In this document: piece after piece, positions 39,267 through 54,479 of the stretch
Numbering within the stretch: the first letter of the stretch is position 1
Layout of the letters: each line of letters opens with the position of its first letter
Assembly: GCA_030770535.1 (NCBI GenBank)
Contig: JASVEC010000002.1
Span: 806,001-870,000, forward strand
Source: Batkoa obscura
Taxonomy: Eukaryota
Reading direction: 5' to 3'
DNA: 64,000 nucleotides
Made by a program: the position numbers and the translations under genes
The notes under the pieces: model-generated
Database searches by the model: none
Told to the model about the DNA's origin: nothing
Seen by the model: only the letters and a program-made list of their open reading frames with translations

Positions 39267-41174
39267 ATGCGACTTAATTTTTTATCATTGATAACTCTTT
39301 TAATTACTTTAGCATCTGGTCAAACTAATACAGGAGCTGCTGATCCCTGTGCCAAAATAGCTTACAAGTCAGTGATTGGTTATAAAGATGCACTTGCCTG
39401 TTATGATAGCTTCAAGTTAACTGATAAAATACGCAATGGTGTTTCTGATACCTTAAAGAAGATTCTTCCTTTCTATGCTTTTATTGATATTGCTAAAAGG
39501 TCCCCTGACCCAAAAGTACCTAGTTATATTGATATTAGATCTGAATTAGATAAAGTTCTATCTAAAAAATATGATACTGAGCGTGATTTCCAAATTTCTA
39601 TCGTTAAATTCTTTAACACTTTGGAAGATGGTCATACTAGGTATACCTCAAATTGTTTCTCTAGCTTTATATTCAGGCAACCATTCCCATTATATACAGA
39701 GGAAGGTAAATGGGGAGAAATCAAAGTAAAGATCCCTCAAGATTTACAATACGGGCAACATCTTCTTGATGCTTGGGAGGCTGCTGGCGTAGATGTGCTA
39801 AGCTATTCTGGTGCTGAAGTATTATCTATCGATGGTAAACAACCACTCGAATTTGTTGAGCAATATGCTAAACACTATGTTGGTACTTCTAGAGATGTTA
39901 ACTCTCGTGTGAATTATGCCCTTGCACGTTCGATTCAAAGTAACGGCGAATGGGGTATTAGCTATGGCAGCTTTGGATCCACTTCTATTCCCCCAGTTAA
40001 AGAAACTTTAAAATTTAGAATTCGTGTTGATAATAGGGAGAAAGAAGTAATCGTACCTTATATTGCTACTCCAAATGTCCAAAAGTCATTTACTGATGCC
40101 AAGTCTTTTTATGAAGATAATTGTGAAGTACCCGATCTTGATGCTCTCATAAGAGAGATTTTTGGATCAGGTAACAATAAGCTTCAATTTTTAGAAGTAC
40201 CAGAAGTTAAGGAAATCCCAATCGAAGCGCCGCTTAAAAATGCAAATTCAAGGTTGATTGATCCACTTTTGACTGCAGTAGTTGATGGAACCTATATTAA
40301 AACTTATATTTTACCTGATAGCGTGGGTGTTGTTCATATTTCTACCTTTTCAGCACAGAATGAATCTAAATGGTACAACGAAATTATGGATGGTTTCAAG
40401 ATGCTTCAAGATGAAAAAGTTGAAAAACTAATATTAGATGTAAGTAATAATGGTGGTGGTGCCATTTGTTGGGGTTATAATGTATTAGACTATCTCTTCC
40501 CAAATGCTTCTACTAAATTCTTTAACACTGATATGCATTACTCCCCCCTACTTGCTAAGCTTACTCAAAATGATACGAATGGTTTCTTTGCGCCAATTGA
40601 TTATAACCAACCTGATGGAAAGCCATTTACTTCAAAAAATGCCTTTGCTAACATCAAGAGCTATTATCGCGGTACTAACAGAAACAGCCAATACACTCCT
40701 CAATTCCAAGAAAAATGTGACGTTAATCCATTAAGATCCTTGTTAGTTGGTGGTAAACAACCATTCAAGACTGAAAATATTGCTTTGATTTCTAATTCTA
40801 TCTGTTATTCTACCTGTACTCTTTTAAGCAATGGTATGCAAGAATTCCATAATGTTAAGAGTTATGCTTTTGGCGGTCTTAAATATAAGGATGCCACTAT
40901 TGGCTCTCTTGCTGGTGGTACAGTTTATACTCTTGATAGTCTTTTTTATAGTTTAGAATATTCAGGATTAGATAAAAATCCAGCTGCTCCACAGCCCCTC
41001 CCAATCAAAGGCGGTGTTCGTTTCACTGTTAGAGAGGCTTACTCTTCTAGATTTAAGGAGCCTCGTCCATTAGAATTCACTTGGAATCCAGCCAAGAATC
41101 ATAAAGCTTACACTGCAGAAACCGCTTTCAATCCATACAAGGTTTGGGAACAAGTTGCTAAAGATTTAAAATAG
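39267..41174 (+). CDS. Secreted peptidase S41 family protein (fungal type), intronless
   Basis: Signal peptide MRLNFLSLITLLITLASG; LEDGHT, LILDVSNNGGG and catalytic-Ser motif CYSTC. Confidence 0.88.
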   Translation: MRLNFLSLITLLITLASGQTNTGAADPCAKIAYKSVIGYKDALACYDSFKLTDKIRNGVSDTLKKILPFYAFIDIAKRSPDPKVPSYIDIRSELDKVLSKKYDTERDFQISIVKFFNTLEDGHTRYTSNCFSSFIFRQPFPLYTEEGKWGEIKVKIPQDLQYGQHLLDAWEAAGVDVLSYSGAEVLSIDGKQPLEFVEQYAKHYVGTSRDVNSRVNYALARSIQSNGEWGISYGSFGSTSIPPVKETLKFRIRVDNREKEVIVPYIATPNVQKSFTDAKSFYEDNCEVPDLDALIREIFGSGNNKLQFLEVPEVKEIPIEAPLKNANSRLIDPLLTAVVDGTYIKTYILPDSVGVVHISTFSAQNESKWYNEIMDGFKMLQDEKVEKLILDVSNNGGGAICWGYNVLDYLFPNASTKFFNTDMHYSPLLAKLTQNDTNGFFAPIDYNQPDGKPFTSKNAFANIKSYYRGTNRNSQYTPQFQEKCDVNPLRSLLVGGKQPFKTENIALISNSICYSTCTLLSNGMQEFHNVKSYAFGGLKYKDATIGSLAGGTVYTLDSLFYSLEYSGLDKNPAAPQPLPIKGGVRFTVREAYSSRFKEPRPLEFTWNPAKNHKAYTAETAFNPYKVWEQVAKDLK

Positions 41175-41543
41175 TTAACAAACCCTTATTATAAAAATTA
41201 TTTATAACTCTATTATTATTTGTTTTAGTTACTATTACCAGTGATGAATTTTTATCCAAACTATTTAATACATTTTCTTATTAAAAACTATTTGCAGCTA
41301 AATTAGGCAATTTAGTCCTTAAGATTGCCTAAAGGTAGATACTTATATGTATAAATAAAGGCTGATAAAAAATATCTGTTTTTATTACGTCTTTTCCAAC
41401 ATCTATACAATATTACTTTTTTGTACACTATTTTTATATAAACAGACATTAGAATATTTAAATTAAAAATGTTAAATTAAAAATAAAATCATAATAGCTT
41501 TTATAAACTTTATTCAAAAATACTAATGTTTTATACAAAACAT

Positions 41544-41641
41544 GGGGGCGCTTTTTTGGTTTCATTACTTTTTTCATCTTTTAAGCACTATTTGAGCGGA
41601 AAAACTGCTAGTAAAATTCTTAGACACGAAAATACATCCCC
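41544..41641 (-). mobile_element. MITE A copy
   Basis: Full length; TSD not intact. Confidence 0.87.
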
Positions 41642-42193
41642 CGATATAAACAATAATTTTTTATAACAAAAAACCTGCTATATATACTATAGTAATACAA
41701 AACTATTTTTTATAATTTTAAAAAAATAAAAAAACAAAAGACAAATTGAAAGTTTATAAAAAAACTAAAAATAAATAAAACAAAAATAAATATAATTATA
41801 AAAATTTATGTTAATTTTAGAACTTTTTTATTTAAATTAATTTATATAAATAATATCATTTTATTTAAAATAATTCTAACTAAAGTATAATAATTTTAAA
41901 ACCGATAATCTTTATATTTATAATAATTTTGTTTTGTAATATTGTAATATTCATATTTATATTTATATTTATATTTATTCAGACAAATCAATAATAAATA
42001 ATTTAGCTACTTTTTAATTACTTAATAAAAGTTCATAAGGTTTAATAATATCATAGTTTCAACATTAACCTATTATGTTATTAAGCTTTACTGTATAATT
42101 AAACAATAAATAGTTTTTAAAACCAAAGTATTAAAAAGTTATTAAGCTGCTTTTTAATTATTTTTATTTTATTTCACTAGATTTTTTTTAAAT

Positions 42194-42626
42194 TATCAAA
42201 TCTGGTACTCAGTGATTGAAGCCAAAAGGAGTCCTTGCTTGATCTACTAGCCGTAAGTCGAAAGATCTTAGTTTATGTGACTGAGATAGACTTGAATTAT
42301 GAGCAATAGCATGTAATATGCTACAGACTATGTAAGATAAATAGAGTAGACAATACTACTGTAAAATCTACGTAGAATATTACCAGAAAGATTCAGTGAC
42401 TTTATTGAAGACAATGATACCAAAGAATAGTTTAGTTGGGAAGCCTTGAGCTACTATGTTCTAAGATCTTTTTTATACTCTGAAAAGTACAAATATCAAA
42501 ATGAGAAGATAATGTTCTTTGGGATGAAGCTAAAAATTCTCATATCAAATCAAACTAAGAGCATGGGATTAATTGTCTCTGAACTTGAGAACACAACAAC
42601 TTAAGTGATTATTATGCTATAATTAA
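42194..42626 (-). mobile_element. Degraded solo LTR
   Basis: Aligns with 23098-23662 without the MITE; TG end mutated and last ~28 bp missing. Confidence 0.85.
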
Positions 42627-42875
42627 TTTTATGATAAACAATAGCTTTTCAATATATTAAGCCATTTTTATCTACTATTTTTCTTTTATTTTTTTATTTT
42701 TTAAAGTTTGAAAATAAATTAATCAATTTAGCTGTTGAAATTTAATTATATATTAACAAATAATATGTTTCATAGCTAATTATTTGCTTTCTTATGCTGA
42801 TTCAAAGCTTATTAATTTAAAGCTTATTTCAAAATAAATAGTTAACTAGCATGTATCTAAATTAAAATAGTATAC

Positions 42876-42973
42876 GGGGATGTATTTTTGCGTTTAATAA
42901 CCTTACTAATAATTTTTCCGCTCAAATAGCACTTAAAAGATAGGAAAAGTAATGAAGCCAAAAAAACACCCCC
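42876..42973 (+). mobile_element. MITE A copy
   Basis: TSD atac/atac. Confidence 0.93.
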
Positions 42974-43109
42974 ATACCAATTAACTGGTTTTTAAATTTG
43001 GAAAAATAACAAAAAAAACAATTAGTAAAAAACAGTTTTATATTGTTTTAATTACCAATGTATAAAAGTTTTGATAATTTTATTTAAAGTATTATAAATA
43101 AATACATAT

Positions 43110-43206
43110 AGGGGTGTTTTTTGGTTTCATTATTTTTTCCATCCTTTAAGTGCTATTTGAGTGGAGAGATTGTTAGTAAAATTCTTAAACACAAAAACAC
43201 ATCCCC
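43110..43206 (-). mobile_element. MITE A copy
   Basis: TSD atat/atat. Confidence 0.9.
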
Positions 43207-43446
43207 ATATAATAAAAAATAAAAAATAAAAAATAAAAAATAAAAGCATTTGAATTAGAAAATATAAAATATAAAGTGATAAAATTAATACCATTTTGTT
43301 AAACTTTTATTAATTTTTTTGCTTATACTTGTTCAATATTTTGATATTAGTACACTAGTAAAAAAATATTAAAAGTAAAAACATTTATCAACGCTTAGAT
43401 TATTCCATATTAACTGTCATATTTTTAGCTAAAATCGCCAAGAAAA

Positions 43447-43543
43447 GGGGATGTATTTTTGTGTCTAAAAATTATACTAACAAATTTTCCGCTTAAATAG
43501 CGCTTGAAAAATGGAAAAATAATGAAGTCAAAAAAACACTCCC
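43447..43543 (+). mobile_element. MITE A copy
   Basis: TSD aaaa/aaaa. Confidence 0.9.
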
Positions 43544-43783
43544 AAAATATGATAGTTAATGTGAAATAGACTATGTAGCTTGCATCTACTTTTAACCAAT
43601 GATTTCCAAACACGACAATAAAATAAGTCAATTTTCTAAAATTTAAAGTTTATTTAAATTTTAACTAAAAATGGATGAAAAATTTTAAATTTTTTTGAGC
43701 TGGAACCATAGTAATCATAATTGATATTTCGAAAATCAAAAAAATAAATTCAATTTTTTTATAAAATTAACTAAAATTAATAA

Positions 43784-47321
<3,538 letters not shown>

Positions 47322-47402
47322 ATGAATGGGAGAAAACACTAATAAATACTATTATTTTATATTTTATTATTTTATATATTATTATTTTCATGTATTATTA
47401 TT

Positions 47403-48883
47403 TTAAAAATGATCTGTAATAAAATCCATTTTAAAATTATTACAATTTGTTGGTGGTAAATCTTTTTGATCTCCTTTGGCTAATAATATAGTCCAATAAT
47501 GGCCTTTTGGCACATACCAAATACCAATAGAACCAAATCCAAGTCCAAGTAATCTTTCTCGATGACCTAATTAAAACCAATAAATAAATAAAACACGAAT
47601 ATATTTTAATATTATTATATTATTATATTATATTATATTATATTATATTATATTATATTATATTATATTAGCGTACCTCTATCTCTTAACATTAAACTCA
47701 ACAGTTGATTAACATCTTTTACACCTCTTGCAATATTTTGACCATAAGCTTTCCATTCTAATCCACCATCCACTATTTTTTCACCAATAGTAAACCCTCC
47801 GTCATTTCCATTCACTAGTCTATTATTGAGAGCCATCCATTCGGTGTGATTTCTAGCAATTTCCATTAAAATTAAATTAGCACCAACAGGTGGTGAACTA
47901 GGTAAAGCTTGTTTTCTAGCAAAATTAATAGAACATAAAATTTCTTTTAAATTAAATTTATAATGTTTAGTATCAATAGAATTATAATCAAAAATGCCAT
48001 TATATGTTCTCCCACTTCGTGATGTTTTCCATCGTACTATAGGATTGTTTCGTAATTTGTTTTTTAATCTCAAACGTTTACTTTGTTTCGTTAGATTAAA
48101 TAAAATTGGCGGATATATTTCTTGTTTTTTTATATTTGCTAATGTGGAATAAGTACTATTGATAGGGGTGTTATTGATGAGTATAGTTGTATTATATATT
48201 GTTGTTGAGTTTTCCTTTTCTCTTTTTAGTATTTGTTGATTATGTTCTTTTTTTATAAAATTAGTACAATCTGGTAAGATAATTGGATAAGGTGATTTAG
48301 TTAATATTATATTTAATGATTTTAATTTGAAAGAATAACTTAAACCTATATGAGTATAACTGGGTTCTAATATTAAATTTTTGGCTTCTATCAAGATAAT
48401 GTTAGTATTATTGCTTATTGCTTATTAATTATTAATTATTATTATTGAATTCATCTTACCTTGATCATTCCAAATAGCTAATAATCCTTGTTCTGTATTA
48501 TTAATATTTTTTACTAAAATAGTACCCGCTTTAAACCATAATATATTATTAACATTTAATTGATTTAAGTAAGTTTGATTAATTATACTATTATTTGAAG
48601 TTGTATTGAATGAGTTGTCTAAATTATATTCAGCTACTTTGTTTAAAGATCTAAAAAAGTTAATATTTATATTAAGTCTTGATTCCGTATTTATTAAAAC
48701 TTACTTATAACTCCCTAAAGGTAACCTTAATTTTGGATCTAAAGTTCTTATTTCATTTAATAAACAATGATACCTTGATAATTCAAATTCTTCTTTTTTA
48801 AATAAAACATTACTAGGGATTGAAATGGAATGGATCGTTATGAACATTGACAACAGTATACTTAATTGATAAAATAGTTGCAT
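47403..48883 (-). CDS. Secreted CAP/SCP (PR-1-like) protein with two degenerate CAP-like domains, 4 exons
   Basis: Signal peptide; LLNEIR..YTHIGLSY; CSINFARK..ARNHTEWM..GQNIARG..GHRERLL..IGI..YWT. Confidence 0.75.
47621..47670. repeat. (TATTA)10 microsatellite in an intron
   Basis: Direct reading. Confidence 0.9.
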
Positions 48884-49340
48884 TGTGTTTTTACTTTGGA
48901 TATTAACATAATAAAGTAATAACAATTCTTATTTCTTATTTCTTATTTTTTTTCAAAAGTTCCTCAATTGCTTATCTTACTTTGATAACATTTATTGGCT
49001 ATTTATTAAATTAGAAAATTATTTCTATTTTTTGCCAAATGGAGTAACTCGATTCAATTTGAGTCAATTCATTTAAAATTGAAAATTAAGACGGACTAAT
49101 TTGAAAATTGTACTGCAACAAGATTTCAATTTACATCTGTAGTCTTCAACTAATATTCTAAAGGCTTAAATACATTGCATATATAAACTGGTATTCACTT
49201 TAAATAATTATGTCTAACCCTAGATTTTCGATCCAAAAAATAGATTTTATTGTATATAGTAAGTTAAATTAAATTACTAGTTTAATGTGTTAAAAAACTC
49301 TAGTAATTTAACAGTTAGCTAGGAATTTGAATTATAATAT

Positions 49341-49439
49341 GGGGATGTTTTTTTTGACTTCATTACTTTTTATATCTTTTAAGCATTATTTGAGTGGAAA
49401 AATTATTAGCAAAATTCTTAAATACAAAAATACATCCCC
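49341..49439 (-). mobile_element. MITE A copy
   Basis: TSD atat/atat. Confidence 0.92.
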
Positions 49440-49745
49440 ATATCAATCCCAAAAAAAGCGTAATAATTTTAAATTATTTGGTGCTTTTTTAATGTGAGGG
49501 TTGAAATTCAGGAATTGATAAGCAATAGTTTTTTTAAATAATAAAGTAGAAAAACATTTATTTATTTTTATTGTTTTTATATAACAAATTATAAAATAAT
49601 CTGACTTTTAAATAAAGATATAAAATTATTAAAATTGAATTTTTCTATTTAAAAATTATTTTACTTCCAAATATTTATTATATTTATTATATTTATTATA
49701 ATCGACTATTTGTTTTATCATGTTTAAATTGAAAGCTTTGCTTAT

Positions 49746-49785
49746 TAAAAAATGGAAAAAATAATGAAATAAAAAAAACACTCCC
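49746..49785 (+). mobile_element. MITE A right-half fragment
   Basis: AAAAATGGAAAAAATAATGAAATAAAAAAAACACTCCC. Confidence 0.65.
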
Positions 49786-50108
49786 ATGTATTATTTAATA
49801 ATTTTTTTATGTTTATTCTAATTATACTATCATTATGATTTTATTTTGATTATATAATTTATTAACTATTAGCTTTATCTAAGCCTGTAGTATTATATAT
49901 TATAATTATTTTTACTTAAAAAAATAATATTTTACTTCTGATAATAAATTGTTAACTATACATGCTCTTAATAAATCACCAGAAAAGCATTTGAACAAAC
50001 TAAAATCAAATTTAATTTTGAAATTGATTTGTTTTTTCCCAACTAGTAAAATTGGCTTTAGTAAAAAAATTATTGGTATATAAATTTTTAAATTTCCAAG
50101 GCCACTAA

Positions 50109-50190
50109 GGCACCTTGGCGGAGTGGTTAACGCGGAGCCCTGCTAAGGCTTTTCCCTTTGGGAGCGCAGGTTCGAATCCTGTGGGTGTCG
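50109..50190 (+). tRNA. tRNA-Ser(GCT), intronless
   Basis: Acceptor GGCACCT/GGGTGTC, A box TGGCGGAGTGG, anticodon arm GAGCC-CTGCTAA-GGCTT, long variable arm, B box GGTTCGAATCC, G discriminator, TTTT downstream. Confidence 0.96.
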
Positions 50191-50586
50191 GTCGATTGGG
50201 TAACCTTTTCTTAAGGTTATGGCCATTGTGTATAAAAATATGGTTTTTATATTTTTTTTCAAAAGTGACTATTTTGAACAGGTTTCATTTAGCATAATTT
50301 ACATAATTAAATGTTTATCCTATTGCGTTATGTACATTAAATATCCAATGTAAATATCGTTAACTAACTACTAATTAAGAAAGCAACGTTTACATTGTTT
50401 TGGAATTCTTTAAACTTGGTTGTATGTAAAAAGGCTTAAAACTATTTAACTACTGAATATACCTTTTAGCATAAAGATTGGAATTGTTATATTTTAATAT
50501 CTTGTATTTATATTATTATTAGAAAAGCAAATTTATTGTTTGAAATTTAAACACTTAAAATTTTAACTTTATTAAATAACATACTT

Positions 50587-53043
50587 TTAATCAACTTGTT
50601 TCAAATTTTCTTTCTCTTTTTCCATTTCTCTTTTTTTCCTTTCAGCTTCCTCTTTCTTATCATAATAGCGGTTCATATTATCTATCAACTCTTTTTTTTT
50701 GAGCTCCTGCTCCTTATTATAATAAAAGATGGGTTGACTTGGGGGTAAAGGTTCTAATATAATAGGTTTAGTTATAATTTTGATTGGCTCAACTATAGGG
50801 CTAGCTTTCATATTCCGCCTCCTTTCTTCTTCAGCCTCTCGAGCCTCCTGAGCCTCAAAAATTGCCCTTTTTTTATGTGATTCTTTAAAGTGAAATTCAA
50901 TGTTATCAATGAAATCTTGCACCTTTGGTGGTAATTTAACTATTCCACTCATTTCATTTTTTTCTTTGCTTAGTTCTTGTATTAGTTTATCTGAATTAAT
51001 AGTAACTTGATTTTGATTCTGGTTTTCTATGCTTGATGGTAATGCTTCTAAATTAACATCTTGGTTTAAAATATTCGAGCTAGCTGATTGATCGTTTTGA
51101 GATACAACTGAATCAGTTCGGGTTTTTACTGTTCCCTGTCCGTCAAACTTTAATAGAGAAGAAGTTTTACGATAAAACTCGGTAGTATGCGGAAATTGAG
51201 TTTCATCTAAATGATCACCCTGTTGGTAACATTCAAAGATCCAAGCATGAGAAACAATCTTCACACCATTTTCTTTGGCTTTTAAAAAATCGCCGAATTT
51301 TTCCTGCCTGCATCTACTAGAGTGAATAAAGTGGGTACATTTTTCTGGTTCAAAGTTAACAACATATTTTGCTCCCATCAACCGTGCCAATGGCCCATAC
51401 TCTGGTATTAAGTGACTGATCCTAGGACTAAAGAATAAGGTACAACCTTTCAAATAATCTCCTTTCGATTTTAGTCTGGATAAATTTTTTATTTTTCCAG
51501 ATGGATCCAAGATTATACTTTGCATTTCATCAACAAGCCCACTAACTATCAAATATTAATATTGTTTTACCTATTTATTATAGCCTTACTTTCAGTACTA
51601 CCATTCGACTTCAAAACATCTTGTTTTAAATCTAATTTCGATGGTTTGTTGGCTGGTTTAGCTAATTCAACTCTGATTTCATCAATAATTTCGTCGTCTA
51701 TTAAATGTTAATATAATATCACTTTGGGTACTTTATAGTTCACCTCCAATACTATTAGGAATCCCAGAAACTTCCCGATTTAAACTTGTTCTTTCTGGTT
51801 TTTTAGCTATCCTAAATCTTTCTAATTTATGGGGTGATGAAGCAGCCCTAGGGAGTGTACGCTTGACACGAGATGAATTTTCTGGATCAATAGATTCGGG
51901 GGGTGGAACCCTTTTTTGAACTCTATTGTATGCCCCTTTATTTACGATAGCTTCTAAAACGTATGGGTGGTTAAGATCTCTCTATGAAAAAACAATCAAT
52001 TTCCATAAAATATATAGTAGATAATAATACTGTTTCAGTTACTCTATAAAGCCACTCTTCAGCTATAATGAACATATTTGATTTCAAGGCAGCATTATAT
52101 TTATCGCCTGTAAACTTTGCGCAAATCAAATGAGTATTTCTAGTTGAAAACCCATGCGTGAATTTTCCACCTAAACAATGTTAATATCGTTAATTAACAT
52201 TGAAAAATCAAACTACCTAAATACATTATAATAGTACATAGTTGCCTCTTTTTGATGGTCGTAAATCCAGTGCAAGCAAAGATATAGTTCTCGAATTCTA
52301 AGATTTATTAGCGAATGTTTAAATGGCATTTTAAAAATACCTTTAATAGCGTCGATTTTTTTCCTTGGTAAAAACAAAAAATTTTGTTGTGGATGATGAA
52401 TAACAAATTCCTGATAATAATTAGTTAATCTTTACAATCTTAAATTAAGCTTACATCATAGCAACATTCCAACCAAGCATAAGTAACAGTAGCCACATTT
52501 TCATCGTTTTGAAAGTTGAAATCTGAGTCTTCGGATAAACTAAAAACATTAATAAAATCGAAATATCAATAACTACTGCTAACCTTGTTGTAGGAAGTAC
52601 AATAAACTTAGGGAAGATACAATATTCCTTTTTTACTATTGTGCCTCCCATAAAATTAATTAAAGATATGACTTCAGCTTTCTAAATAACAATTATTAAC
52701 GTTATTTCTAAAATACAAACTATATACTTTAGCTCTTGAATTTTCCACTCCTTCATACCCATGAAGTGAAAAATTACAACCTTTGAACATAATAGAACGG
52801 ATCTCTCTATAAAAATATACATTAATCAATATGGCTCTCTAAAATTAAAACGGTGGGTTACTTATTCGTTTTATTGGTATTTTTTGTTTTAAATTTTATT
52901 GGGAATTGTAACATGAACCGCTTCCAAAACTGAGAACTAATACCATCCATTGAAGTATTAATATTATTGTTTTTTTTATAAGGAACGGAGCCATTTCGTT
53001 TGATCCCTTCTCTGTTGATTTCGATACTGTTGAGCCATTCCAT
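50587..53043 (-). CDS. TopBP1/Rad4/Dpb11-like protein with three BRCT domains, multi-exon
   Basis: MFKGCNFSLHGY..MGG..AWLECC; ACTGF..LGGKFT..THLIC..KYNAA..EEWL; LKGC..MGAKY..CTHFIH..VSHAWIFEC..FPH. Confidence 0.8.
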
Positions 53044-53496
53044 CTTGTAAATTTGAAATTAAAACTGAGTTTCATATTTTTAGTAAATTTCAAAAATATT
53101 AGCAAACTGTTCTTTTTGGTTTGATTAGCATTTTTAAAATCAGTACTTAATTCAATATAGTTTTTAAATCAGTTAAAAGGATAAACACTATGAGACTAAT
53201 AATTGTTGTTAATATAAAGCAATATATTCAGATTTATTTATGCAAAAATAGGAGATAACTTTTATCTTTGGTACTTATAAACGTTAAAAAGGGGCATTAG
53301 TATTTCATTAATCAAAGCATAATAATGTATATAAAATAAACTAAAGCTCAACTTTAAATAGTTTAGAAACTGTAGCATTTTAAAAAAAACCTACAAAACT
53401 TTATGTCCAAAATTTAAATGGAATTTAATTGGATTACTTTGAATATTATATCTATTTTTAATTTTCAACTTTATCTTTTAAAAGTTATTAAGAAAA

Positions 53497-54390
53497 ATGA
53501 GATTAACAGTTGATATAATCAATGAAAGTGAATGTCGAATTAACCCATTAAAAGATCGTGAGCTTTACTTAAGAGGTAAATTAAACAAACTGAGTAGTAA
53601 TGGTAGTAGACATTAATTCATCTTTTCAGGTTTAAAAATCCCTGAGATTGAAAATTTTGGTTCTACAAAAGTAAGTGTATTATTCTAGGCTAAAAGTAGA
53701 AATATAACATCTATCTTCCAGGACTTAAACGATAGTATTGACTTAAGCGATAATGATTTATTACAATTGGGCAACTTTCCTTTATTACCTCGGTTGAAAA
53801 AATTATACTTAAGCAACAATCGTATCAGTATCATAGATCCCTTAATTGCTAAGCAGTTGCCAAATCTAAATACATTAATATTAACAAATAATCAAGTGAG
53901 TGGTTTGGAGTACCTACTACCATTGAAAGAAATGAGCAAATTAGAGCATTTAAGTTTAATTGGGAATCCAGTAGTGAATTTAAATTATTATCGATTGTTT
54001 TGTATCTTTTTATGTAAGAAAATTAGGTTTGTTGACTTCCAAAGAGTCAAGGATGAGGTAAGTCTAAAAATAATTATTTTTTGATATTGATATTAATTTT
54101 AATTTTAACTTATAGGAAAGAAAACAAGCAAATAGCTTATTTTTAAATGAAAAAGGAGAGTTTAGTTCTATTGCCTTAGGTATCATTAACAAAGTACCTG
54201 CTAAAACCTTTGAAGCTAACACAATCGCCACACAAAATAGTAAGTTTTTTTAATGTCTATTAATTATTTTATCTTAATTTATTGATTATTTTTAGATGAA
54301 GTTAAAAATACAAGTGCCCTTCAATCTTTAACTGAAGAGGAACAAAAAAGAATTCAAGCTTCTTTAAATAAAGTTTCTAATTTGGTTTAA
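53497..54390 (+). CDS. LEA1: U2 snRNP protein A-prime (LRR), 5 exons
   Basis: MRLT..INPLKDRELYLRGLKIPEIEN, IDLSDND, GNFPLLPRL, GNPV..YYR..DFQRVKDEER. Confidence 0.93.
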
Positions 54391-54479
54391 GATAAATAAA
54401 AATAATAAAATAAAATAAAAATAGCCATGTTAAAGTTTTTCTTTTATTTAAATAATGATAAATCAGCCAAATAAAAGTT

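Noticed and set aside
41303..41332. TTAGGCAAT..ATTGCCTAA inverted repeat as a Helitron end
   Set aside because: No CTRR terminus at the expected distance; single copy
33508..43631. Short ORFs 33508-33714, 34244-34426, 37900-38094 and 43425-43631 as a small-protein family
   Set aside because: They are translations through MITE copies
43560..43783. Cobalamin riboswitch upstream of MMUT
   Set aside because: Region is almost all A/T with no B12-box
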